The notes under the pieces: model-generated
The model's input: only the letters and a program-made list of their open reading frames with translations
Told to the model about the DNA's origin: nothing
The model's database searches: none
Made by a program: the position numbers and the translations under genes
Source of the DNA: Candidatus Bipolaricaulia bacterium
GTDB lineage: Bacteria > Bipolaricaulota > Bipolaricaulia > JBHIAT01
Assembly: GCA_046758705.1 (NCBI GenBank)
Contig: JBHIAT010000047.1
Span: 1 to 21,742, forward strand
DNA length: 21,742 bases
Direction: 5' to 3'
Shown: positions 9,538 to 17,577 of the stretch, piece after piece
Layout: each line of letters starts with the position of its first letter
How positions within the stretch are numbered: the stretch's first letter is position 1

Positions 9538-9660
9538 CCCTAACCCGTTCCCCCTCGAACTTAACGTTGTTTTATTCTAATCCACTCTGAGCCCGATTAA
9601 AATGATAGGGATCAGTTCCCAGGGTGATCTGGATCACTTGAACACCAGCAACCACATTAT

Positions 9661-9689
9661 ATTTTAACCGAACGAAGTCTGGGTTTCAA
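9661..9689 (-). promoter_or_regulatory. Putative sigma70 promoter of the resA-resB-ccsA(-hsdM-hsdS) unit
   Basis: On the - strand: TTGAAA (9689-9684), 17 bp spacer, TAAAAT (9666-9661), about 120 bp upstream of the resA ATG. Confidence 0.6.
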
Positions 9690-9695
9690 TCTGGC

Positions 9696-11615
9696 TCAGT
9701 TTCGTTTCACCCGAGCGAGCCGCAGGGCATTGCCGATGACCGCCAGTGACGCCCCCATGTCCCCAACGAGTACGGCGAGGATCAGGGTCACATACCCGAA
9801 AAACACGCCACCCGCCAGGGCGAACTTGATCAGGATCGACACCCAAATATTCCAACGGATCACGCCACGGGCCCGACTGCTCAACGCGATCAGGTAGGGC
9901 ACCTGGATCAGGTCGTCGGCCATCAGGGCGACATCGGCGGTCTCCAGGGCGGTATCGCTACCTGCCGCCCCCATGGCGATCCCGACGGTCGCGGCCGCGA
10001 GGGCGGGGGCGTCGTTGATCCCGTCCCCGACCATCGCCGTCCCCCCGTACCCGACGCCCAGCTTGCGGATCTCCTCGACCTTTTCATCGGGAAGGAGACC
10101 GGCGTGATAATGGGTGATCCCCAGCTCCGCTGCGATCGCGTCCGCCGTCTCCTGGTTGTCGCCGGTGATCATAACCACCTCATACCCCATCCGCTTCAGA
10201 CGCGCGACCATCTCCCGAGCCCCGTCCCGGACCCGATCGGCGACGGCGATGATCCCAAGGACCTCGGTCTCCGTCCCCACGAGTATCGTCGTCTTGCCCC
10301 GGCACTGCAACCGGGTCAGCTGATCGGTTGGGATCTCGACGTGACATGCCTCGAACAGCTCCGGTGTCCCGATGTAATAGGTCGTCCCGTTCAACCGGGC
10401 CAATGCCCCCCTCCCCGGCAGTGCTTCGAAATCGGTCACGCCTTCCTCTTCCCAACCGATCCCTTCTGCCTCTTGCATGATCGCCGCAGCGATCGGGTGC
10501 TCGCTCCGTGATTCGACCGTGGCAGCGATGCGAAGCACCTCCTGGGGTGAGCCATCGTTCAGCGAGATCACATCGGTCACCTTCGGCTCCCCGACCGTCA
10601 GTGTCCCGGTCTTGTCGAAGGCGATGACCCCAACCTCGCCCATCGCCTCCAGGTAGCGGCCACCCTTGATCAGGAGCCCGTTTCGTGCTGCACTGGTGAT
10701 CGCGGAGACGACCGAGACAGGGGTGGAGATCAACAACGCGCAAGGACAGGCGATCACCAGCAATGAGAGTGCCCGCAGGAACCACGTATGAAAGCTCGCC
10801 CCGAACAACGGGGGAAAGATGGCCACCCCGACGGCGACGGCGACTACGCTCGGCGTGTAATATCGGGCAAATCGATCGACGAACCGCTTTGTGGGCGCCT
10901 TCTGGGCCTCGGCCTCCTCGACCAGATGAATGATCCGGGCAAGGGTGTTTTCGGTCGCGCGTTTGGCCACCTCGACCTCCAGATACCCGTCCCCGTTGAC
11001 CGTCCCGGCATAGACGGCATCGCTCGGGTTCTTGGCGACCGGCATCGACTCACCGGTGATCGGCGCCTGGTTCACCCTGGAACTTCCGTCTGTGACGATG
11101 CCGTCCATTGGAATTCGCTCGCCCGGTCGCACGGTGACGACCTCCCCGACCGCGATCTCCTCGACCGGCAACTCCGCCGTTTCACCGTCCCGCTTCACCC
11201 GGGCTCGGCGTGGCGCAAGCTCCATCAGCTCCCTCAATGAATCTCTGGTCCGTTCGATCGCATAGGTCTCGAGAAGCTCGGCCGTCGCAAACAGGAATGC
11301 CAGACTGGCTGCCTCGATGTACTCCTCGATCGCCACCGCGCCAAGGACCGCGATCGTCATCAAAAAGTCGATGTCGAGCGACAACGTCCTGATAGCGTAA
11401 GCACCGCGACGCGCGAAGTGATACCCGGCGACGATGATCGCCAGCAGCAACGGGAGGGTCGAGACCCGGATCGGTCGCCCTAGCGGATCGGCCAAAATGG
11501 GGTCGGCCGTCACGAAGGCCAGCCCCAGGCCGACCGCGAACAACAGGCTCGAGATCCCGGTCAGCAAGACCTGCGGCTCCCTCCAGAACGGTTCCCGGAC
11601 CTCGTCGTGGCTCAT
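9696..11615 (-). CDS. zntA: Heavy-metal-translocating P1B-type ATPase (Zn/Cd/Pb, P1B-2-like), lacking an N-terminal HMA domain
   Basis: TGES, IACPCAL (CPC), DKTGTLT, SEHP, GDGINDAPALA; Lys in ILIKFAL and DMG in the last TM helix match the P1B-2 signature. Confidence 0.9.
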   Translation of the reverse strand: MSHDEVREPFWREPQVLLTGISSLLFAVGLGLAFVTADPILADPLGRPIRVSTLPLLLAIIVAGYHFARRGAYAIRTLSLDIDFLMTIAVLGAVAIEEYIEAASLAFLFATAELLETYAIERTRDSLRELMELAPRRARVKRDGETAELPVEEIAVGEVVTVRPGERIPMDGIVTDGSSRVNQAPITGESMPVAKNPSDAVYAGTVNGDGYLEVEVAKRATENTLARIIHLVEEAEAQKAPTKRFVDRFARYYTPSVVAVAVGVAIFPPLFGASFHTWFLRALSLLVIACPCALLISTPVSVVSAITSAARNGLLIKGGRYLEAMGEVGVIAFDKTGTLTVGEPKVTDVISLNDGSPQEVLRIAATVESRSEHPIAAAIMQEAEGIGWEEEGVTDFEALPGRGALARLNGTTYYIGTPELFEACHVEIPTDQLTRLQCRGKTTILVGTETEVLGIIAVADRVRDGAREMVARLKRMGYEVVMITGDNQETADAIAAELGITHYHAGLLPDEKVEEIRKLGVGYGGTAMVGDGINDAPALAAATVGIAMGAAGSDTALETADVALMADDLIQVPYLIALSSRARGVIRWNIWVSILIKFALAGGVFFGYVTLILAVLVGDMGASLAVIGNALRLARVKRN

Positions 11616-11634
11616 GATTTGGTCGACCCTTTAC

Positions 11635-11652
11635 ATGAACATTTGCTCATAT
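11635..11652. promoter_or_regulatory. Putative ArsR/SmtB-family (CzrA/CadC/SmtB-type) operator
   Basis: Imperfect palindrome ATGAACATTTGCTCAT(AT) lying between a - strand TATAAT (11664-11659) and the ATPase ATG; resembles the TGAA-N-TTCA metal-repressor box. Confidence 0.6.
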
Positions 11653-11749
11653 GATAATATTATAGAAATATATTGAGCAAATATCGATAGTTCATCATGA
11701 TGCTTGAAAATAACTCCCTTAATTTTATTCTATACTGGGGTAGATCTCC

Positions 11750-12646
11750 ATGTACAGAAACTCAAAAGCTCGGCTGCTCACCCTGCTGATCCCTATGCTA
11801 CTTCTTGGATCGAGCCCGATCGTGACCCAGGGCGCCGAGCCGATCGTGGTTGTTGTCAGCATCTACCCGCTGGCCGATATGGTCCGTCAGATCGGGGGGG
11901 ATCGCGTCGAGGTCGTCACCCTGATCCCGTCCGGGGCCAGCCCGCACACCTATGAGCCGACCCCAAGTCAGATGCGAGCGTTCTCCCAGGCTCGGATCTT
12001 CGTGCGGGTGGGCGCCGGTCTCGAGCTGGGGCTGGACCGGCTGACGGCCGTCGGACGGACCGACCTGATCAAAGTCGAGGCGACGGCGGGGATGGAACTG
12101 ATCGGTGAATCGGGAACTGGTTTGGGTAACCCTCATGTCTGGCTCGATCCGGTACGGGTGATCGAGACGATCTTGCCGGCGATCGCCGGAGCGCTGATCG
12201 AGACGGCCGCGGATCCTGCGGACCGGGTACAGTTCTTAACGAATCTATCCCGATACGCTGCGGAGATCGATGTGCTCCATCGTGAGATCGAAGCGATGAT
12301 GGATGGCCTAGCCGGTCGGGCATTCATTAGCTTCCACGATACCTGGGCGTACTTCGCGAACCGGTATGGGCTGGAGCGGGTGGCGGTCGTCGAGCCTCAG
12401 CCGGGCGTGGAGCCCTCCGTCCGGCAGCTGTCCCAACTCATCGAGATCGCCCGGGAGCGCGATGTTCGGGCCATCCTGATCGAGCCTCAGCTCGACCCAC
12501 GAGCCGCCCGGATCCTCGCCGGGGAGATCGGGGGACAGGTGGTGGTGACCGATCCGCTCGGCAGCCCTGACCATCCCGATCGGGACACCTACGTTGAACT
12601 GATGCGCTTCAATCGAGTAGCCTTTAAAGAGGCGTTGAGCGATTGA
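11750..12646 (+). CDS. znuA: Metal (Zn/Mn) ABC transporter substrate-binding protein
   Basis: Signal peptide; LIPSGASPHTYEPTP, NPHVWLDP, FHDTWAYFANRYGL, EPQ metal-ligand motifs of cluster A-I binding proteins. Confidence 0.88.
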   Translation: MYRNSKARLLTLLIPMLLLGSSPIVTQGAEPIVVVVSIYPLADMVRQIGGDRVEVVTLIPSGASPHTYEPTPSQMRAFSQARIFVRVGAGLELGLDRLTAVGRTDLIKVEATAGMELIGESGTGLGNPHVWLDPVRVIETILPAIAGALIETAADPADRVQFLTNLSRYAAEIDVLHREIEAMMDGLAGRAFISFHDTWAYFANRYGLERVAVVEPQPGVEPSVRQLSQLIEIARERDVRAILIEPQLDPRAARILAGEIGGQVVVTDPLGSPDHPDRDTYVELMRFNRVAFKEALSD

Positions 12647-12664
12647 TGCCGGAGAGCAGGGATC

Positions 12665-13435
12665 ATGATGAGTCGAGGTCGAGCGGTTGAGGTCATCGAG
12701 GTGCGGGATCTGTCCGTCCGGCTCGACGGACGGAGCGTCCTGAAGGAGATCCGCTTCACCATCTCCCCCGGCGAGTTCGTCGGCATCATCGGCCCCAACG
12801 GAGCCGGAAAGACAACGCTGCTCAAAACGATCCTGGGTCTGGTGAAACCGGAGCGCGGCGAGGTGTGTATCTTTGGAAAACCGGTCGGGAAACTGGGCCG
12901 AGACCGTCGCAAGATCGGCTACGTCCCCCAGCGGGATCGGTCCGATGAACGCTTTCCGCTCTCGGTGGTCGACGTGGTGATGTTGGGACGGCTTCACCAC
13001 ATGGGGCTTCCCTGGTTCTTCTCGAAGGCCGATCGGCGCGCCGCTCACGAGAGCCTGCGATGGGTGGACATGGAGGATTACCAGAGCAGACCGATCGGGG
13101 AGCTGTCCGGCGGGGAGCGGCAGCGGGTGTCTCTTGCCCGCGCCTTGTGTCGGGAGACCGAGTTGTTGTTGCTCGACGAGCCGACCGTCGGCCTCGATGC
13201 GCCGACCCAGAAGCGGTTCTATCGGGTGGTGCGTCGATTAAGGCAGGAATTGGGGTTGACGATCGTCGCGGTTTCCCATGACCTGAGCGCGATTGCCGCC
13301 CAGGCCGACGAGTTCATCTGTATCAACCGGTCGATCTATATCTCCGGACCTCCCGAGCAGGTGCTGCACGATGAAAAGCTGACCGAAGCCTATCGAGGCG
13401 AGTTCGATCTGTTCCAGGCAGAGGGAGAAAGATGA
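12665..13435 (+). CDS. znuC: Metal ABC transporter ATP-binding protein
   Basis: GPNGAGKTT, IGYVPQR...FPLSV.DVVMLG, LSGGERQRV, LLLLDEP, VSHD. Confidence 0.9.
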   Translation: MMSRGRAVEVIEVRDLSVRLDGRSVLKEIRFTISPGEFVGIIGPNGAGKTTLLKTILGLVKPERGEVCIFGKPVGKLGRDRRKIGYVPQRDRSDERFPLSVVDVVMLGRLHHMGLPWFFSKADRRAAHESLRWVDMEDYQSRPIGELSGGERQRVSLARALCRETELLLLDEPTVGLDAPTQKRFYRVVRRLRQELGLTIVAVSHDLSAIAAQADEFICINRSIYISGPPEQVLHDEKLTEAYRGEFDLFQAEGER

Positions 13436-14256
13436 TCTTTTCGGAGATGTTCGCGTTCGGCTTCATGCAGCGGGCGTTGATCGTCGGAATTCTGATCGGT
13501 CTGCTCGCCTCGTTCCTGTCCCTGTTCATCATCTTGAAGCGGATGTCGTTCATCGGGACCGGGCTTGCCCATTCGGCGTTCGGTGGGGTGGCCATCGGCG
13601 TGCTGACCGGCCTGAACCCGGTTCTCACCGCCGGGGCGTTTGCTCTGGCCGTCGCCGCAGGGATCGGGATTATCGCCCGAAAAGGCAGGCTGAGCGAGGA
13701 CGTGGCCATCGGCATCCTGTTCTCCGCCTCGATGGCGCTCGGCATTGCCCTGATTGGGCTTTCGACCGTTTACAACGTGAATCTGTTCGGATATCTGTTC
13801 GGCAGCCTGCTGGCCGTCACCTGGACCGATATCTGGATCGTCACCGGGGTCGGGCTGACGATCGCCGTCCTGTTGGTCCTGTTCTTCAATCGGTTCCTGT
13901 TCATCAGTTTCGACGAGGAGATCGCTCAGGCGAGCGGCCTCTCGGTGACGACCCTCTACTACCTTCTGCTCATGCTGATCGCCGTGACGATTGTGATTTC
14001 GTTCAAAGTCGTCGGCATCCTGCTGATCTCCGCGCTGCTGGTGATCCCCGGTGCCACCGGATACCGGCTCGCCAAGAACTATCGGGGGGTCCTGGCGATC
14101 TCGCTGCTCGTCGGAATCATCTCGGTGATCGGCGGTCTGAGCGTTTCGTTCGTCTACGACATTGCCCCGGGAGCGGCGATCATTCTGTGTGCGACTGTGC
14201 TGTTCGGGCTGTCGTTCTTGATCCGGAGGGTGAGGGTGCGTCGCCGCACCCGCTGA
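13432..14256 (+). CDS. znuB: Metal ABC transporter permease (ABC-3 family)
   Basis: FMQRAL, LKRMSFIGTGLAHSAFGG, YLFGSLLAV, SFDEEIA, KVVGILLISALLVIP; ATGA overlap with znuC. Confidence 0.9.
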   Translation: MIFSEMFAFGFMQRALIVGILIGLLASFLSLFIILKRMSFIGTGLAHSAFGGVAIGVLTGLNPVLTAGAFALAVAAGIGIIARKGRLSEDVAIGILFSASMALGIALIGLSTVYNVNLFGYLFGSLLAVTWTDIWIVTGVGLTIAVLLVLFFNRFLFISFDEEIAQASGLSVTTLYYLLLMLIAVTIVISFKVVGILLISALLVIPGATGYRLAKNYRGVLAISLLVGIISVIGGLSVSFVYDIAPGAAIILCATVLFGLSFLIRRVRVRRRTR

Positions 14257-14275
14257 TGGATGGGATCATCGTCCG

Positions 14276-15682
14276 CTATCGTCCTCCGGAGCGCTTCAAC
14301 GTGAAGTAGATCTCATCGAGCCGCTCCCGGGAGTTCACCTTCCCCATCGTGTCCACGAACTCCTTGGTCGTCGGCAGGACATCGTTGATGTAGCGAATCC
14401 GCTGTCCGATGGTCTCCCGGTTGTCGTAGATCGGCTGGGGAGAAAGATAAGCGATGACGTGCGCCATGGTGAATTTGGGTCGCGCGTAGTCGTGATCCTG
14501 CCGCCATTGGGTCAGCTCATCCAGCAGCGCCTTGACCGTCCGGAAACTGCCTTCCGTGTAAGCGGCGACGACCCGGTTGATCAGGGCCGAGTGGACCTCT
14601 ACCGCCTCGATGATGAACTCCTTCTCATCCTCCCAGCGCTTGAGCAGATCCCCGGAGATCATCTCCTCGTAGGCCGCGGTCAACCGATTCTCGCCCAGGG
14701 AGGCACTCATCTCGACGAGCGTGATCCACTCGATAAGGTCCTGTTGACTTCTCGCCTCGTAGACGGTGATGGGCATTCGGTTGTTGATCTGGTAATCGTG
14801 GACGAACTCGTGGAACGCCGTCGACAACAACGAGTAGATCCGCCAGCTTGTCTTCGTCGTCAGCACCACCGGGAATCGATCGGTGATCCGGGTAAATCCG
14901 GCCACCGCCGGCGAGGCCAGAACTTCGAACAGCGGCTCGGCGGGGATGTTCTGATATCCCCTGGCCGCGTTGTCCCGCAAAACTTCGTCGATCGCCAGCA
15001 TCGTCGCGTTGACATAGCCGTTGCGCAGATTGCCGATCCCCTCATCGAGGGCGAATCCCTCGCTGATCCACGTCTGGAGCAGGTCACCGATCTGTCGCCG
15101 CCACAACTGCAGCGTCGATCCGTCCTCGATGGCCCCCTCGAACGCCCGGCGCATCTCGGGCACAAGTGGCACCGGCAGGAATATCTCAACCTCCAACAAC
15201 CGGTCCAGCCCCTGGATCTCCGGGGTCGTCGGGTTGCGCTTGATGAGCCAAATCACATCCCGAAGCGTCCGTACGTCCAGACTCCCGTTGATCCGGCCGA
15301 AGCCGACGAGGATTGGCTCCAGGGTTGGGGTGACGATCACCTGGATGTCGCTGTCACCAGGGGAGAGGATCACCTCAGCGAGCGCTTCCTCTCCAAACTC
15401 CTGAGTGACGACCAGGTCCAACTGGTCCTTGATCCAATCAAAGGCGAATGGCTCGAGCCGCTTGCGCTCGAGTTCCATCTGATCGATCCTCGCGTAGTCC
15501 GCCTCGGTCAGAGGATCTTTGGCCCAGATGTAGCGGAACAGTTCTTTCTGAAGTTCGAGGTAGCGCTCCAGTTCAAACGGCAATATCTGGTTCTGGGCAG
15601 CGCTCATCACCCCGACTCCGACAACCAATCCGAGTACCACCCCCCACATCAAGATGTGCCTGCCTCTACGAGTTGTGAGCAC
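14276..15682 (-). CDS. Secreted hypothetical protein with HExxH motif (possible zinc metallopeptidase)
   Basis: Basic N-terminus plus hydrophobic signal (RRGRHILMWGVVLGLVVGVGVMSAAQ); AFHEFVHDYQ and a downstream LVEMSASLGE. GGAGG 8 bp before GTG 15682 (ATG 15697 is the alternative); extended -10 TGtTATACT at 15727-15719. Confidence 0.7.
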   Translation of the reverse strand: MLTTRRGRHILMWGVVLGLVVGVGVMSAAQNQILPFELERYLELQKELFRYIWAKDPLTEADYARIDQMELERKRLEPFAFDWIKDQLDLVVTQEFGEEALAEVILSPGDSDIQVIVTPTLEPILVGFGRINGSLDVRTLRDVIWLIKRNPTTPEIQGLDRLLEVEIFLPVPLVPEMRRAFEGAIEDGSTLQLWRRQIGDLLQTWISEGFALDEGIGNLRNGYVNATMLAIDEVLRDNAARGYQNIPAEPLFEVLASPAVAGFTRITDRFPVVLTTKTSWRIYSLLSTAFHEFVHDYQINNRMPITVYEARSQQDLIEWITLVEMSASLGENRLTAAYEEMISGDLLKRWEDEKEFIIEAVEVHSALINRVVAAYTEGSFRTVKALLDELTQWRQDHDYARPKFTMAHVIAYLSPQPIYDNRETIGQRIRYINDVLPTTKEFVDTMGKVNSRERLDEIYFTLKRSGGR

Positions 15683-15796
15683 CTCGTTCACCTCCATCTA
15701 GGGATAGGGACTGGTTTAAGTATAACACAGATTCCCAGGGTCACCAACCGGACCGCCCCTCAGGGTTTGCCCGATGCTTAGAGTTTAGTTTAGTGT

Positions 15797-16813
15797 TTAG
15801 CGGACGTCCACCCTGACGGTGTGATATCCAGACGCACCCGAAGGGAACGGCCGCGCCTGCTTTTCGATTTGAAGGGTTCCCTGCCCATCGGTCGCTCGAG
15901 CCATCAGGATATGTCGGCCGCTTGCTTCGGGTCTCCACAAGTATGCCCAGCGACGCCACGTGTTGACCGCCAGGGGGTCCTCCAACACAGCCGGGTTCCA
16001 GCTATCCCCGTCGTCGACGCTCACCTCGACGGCGCTGATCCCCCGGTCGCCTGTGTAGGCAATCCCAGTGATGAACACTTCCTGTCCCCGATTCAATCGA
16101 AAGTCTCTGTTGGGGGCGTCGATGATCGCGGTCGTCTTGACCACCGCCAGGTCGTCCCAGCCGCGCCGCTCCCAGAAGCCGAAGAAGTCCCGGTCGACGA
16201 GTTCGATCCGGGTCAGGTACTTCACGTTCTTCATCCCGTAGATCCCGGGGACGATCACCCGGGCCGGGGCGCCGTGGTTGGTCGGCAGCGGTTCGCCGTT
16301 CATCTCGTAGGCGACGATCACCCACGGCTCCATCGCCTTTTGGACGGTGAAGCTGTCGGAGTATCCGTCGTCGGCGAACATGGCGACGTCGAACGCCGAA
16401 TCCTTGACACCGGCCATCTCGAGCAGATCGACCATCCGCACGCCTTTCCACTTGGCGTTGCTGATCAGATCCCCCCCGACCTCATTGCTGATGCACTCCA
16501 GCGTGTTGAACTCCTCGATGGCAGGCAGCGCTCTGAGTTGCTCCAAATCGAATTTGAGTTTTTTCTCCACCAGACCTTCGACTTTCAGGCTCCAGCGATC
16601 CAACCGGGTGCGGTGAGCTCTGATATTCTTCTCCACCCAATAGAACTCCTCATTGGAGGTCACTTTGGGGCAGAGACCGGGGATCATGTCGAAGTCCACC
16701 GTTGTAGGGGTCTGGATCTGAGCGATCGCGCGCAGATCGCCGAGAAGCCCCAGCGCCATCCCCACCCCAAGCGTCTTGAGAAACCGCCTTCTCGACAACC
16801 CTGTTCCCGTCAT
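15797..16813 (-). CDS. Tat-exported molybdopterin oxidoreductase, sulfite oxidase family, with C-terminal Mo-co dimerisation (Ig-like) domain
   Basis: Twin-arginine signal LSRRRFLK; TLECISNEVGGDLISNAKWKGV (Mo-ligand Cys), DGYSDS, AYEMNGEPLPTNHGAPARVIVPGIYGMKNVKY, VEVSVDDG..W, RATDGQG. Start is 16813 (ATGA-coupled) or 16840 (AGGAGG 9 bp upstream). Confidence 0.92.
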   Translation of the reverse strand: MTGTGLSRRRFLKTLGVGMALGLLGDLRAIAQIQTPTTVDFDMIPGLCPKVTSNEEFYWVEKNIRAHRTRLDRWSLKVEGLVEKKLKFDLEQLRALPAIEEFNTLECISNEVGGDLISNAKWKGVRMVDLLEMAGVKDSAFDVAMFADDGYSDSFTVQKAMEPWVIVAYEMNGEPLPTNHGAPARVIVPGIYGMKNVKYLTRIELVDRDFFGFWERRGWDDLAVVKTTAIIDAPNRDFRLNRGQEVFITGIAYTGDRGISAVEVSVDDGDSWNPAVLEDPLAVNTWRRWAYLWRPEASGRHILMARATDGQGTLQIEKQARPFPSGASGYHTVRVDVR

Positions 16814-17415
16814 GAAGACGGAACGCCTCGCCTCAGCCATCGCCATCCACCTCCTAAAATTCCGAGAATGAATCCGTAGCCCAATGAGGCCGCCAAACTG
16901 ATGCCGAGCATCTGCGCCAGACCGTTGGCTTCCAGATCGGCGGTCTCGATCACCGACAGAAAATAGACCCCGCTCAGACGCCATAAGAACAGGAACGAGG
17001 TGCCAACCAACAGGACAAACGGCAGCCCCGAGAAGATCAAGCCCTGTAACCACGGTCGACCTCCCGGGATCCGATGGCGGATCTTGGTGAACAGACCGCC
17101 CAGCAGACCGAGGATGATCACCTGAACCCCGATCGCTCCGTAGAAGGCGGTGGACTTCGCGTTGAGTCCACCGAACAACTGAATGATCTTTGATTCCACA
17201 GAACCTGGTATGACCGAAAAGAAAAAATCCGACCAGAGTTCAGGAGGGAAGAAGACTGGCTGAGAGATCCAATACCAATACATCAATCCGGTGATCAGGC
17301 CCCCGGACCCCAGACCGGTCAAAAAACCTGTCCGAAAGGTGTCCTTCCTACCGTTCCTCGTCACGATCTTCACTTCTTGGGTGCGTTTGTTAGCACCCAT
17401 TTTGACATAACTCAC
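16810..17415 (-). CDS. Multi-pass membrane protein, probable partner of the sulfite-oxidase-family enzyme
   Basis: About four hydrophobic segments; FPPELWSDFFFSVIPGSVESKIIQLFGGLNAKS resembles the N-terminal membrane region of fused sulfite-oxidase-like proteins; its stop overlaps the downstream ATG. Start uncertain (17415 or 17400). Confidence 0.7.
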   Translation of the reverse strand: MSYVKMGANKRTQEVKIVTRNGRKDTFRTGFLTGLGSGGLITGLMYWYWISQPVFFPPELWSDFFFSVIPGSVESKIIQLFGGLNAKSTAFYGAIGVQVIILGLLGGLFTKIRHRIPGGRPWLQGLIFSGLPFVLLVGTSFLFLWRLSGVYFLSVIETADLEANGLAQMLGISLAASLGYGFILGILGGGWRWLRRGVPSS

Positions 17416-17439
17416 CCCTATATACTAACCCCCTTCCAT

Positions 17440-17477
17440 GGAACAAGGCCCGGGTTGAGTGAACCCGGGCCCGTTCC
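17440..17477 (-). terminator. Strong GC-rich hairpin, probable intrinsic terminator
   Basis: Perfect 10-bp stem GGCCCGGGTT (17447-17456) / AACCCGGGCC (17462-17471), 5-nt loop, outer GGAAC/GTTCC extension; followed by TTGTT on the - strand. Confidence 0.6.
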
Positions 17478-17577
17478 TGGCTATCCTCCGTCGTAGTTTC
17501 CCATGAACTATGTCGTCGCGTAGCCTCGCGACTGTGACCATCTCCAGCGATGTCATCCTTACTTTAACTCCAACTTC

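Noticed and set aside
12308..13048. 246-aa - strand ORF, and similar ORFs at 17989-18501 and 18320-19150
   Set aside because: Typical antisense translations of ABC transporter genes.
14459..15781. 440-aa + strand ORF
   Set aside because: Antisense shadow of the HExxH protein gene; no recognisable motifs. Long antisense ORFs are common in GC-rich coding DNA.
15778..15800. Short TTAG/GTTTAG iterations after the oxidoreductase stop codon
   Set aside because: Too short and irregular to call an array or operator; could be low-complexity spacer.
15821..16879. 352-aa + strand ORF
   Set aside because: Lies antisense to the clearly identifiable sulfite-oxidase-family gene and has no motif support.
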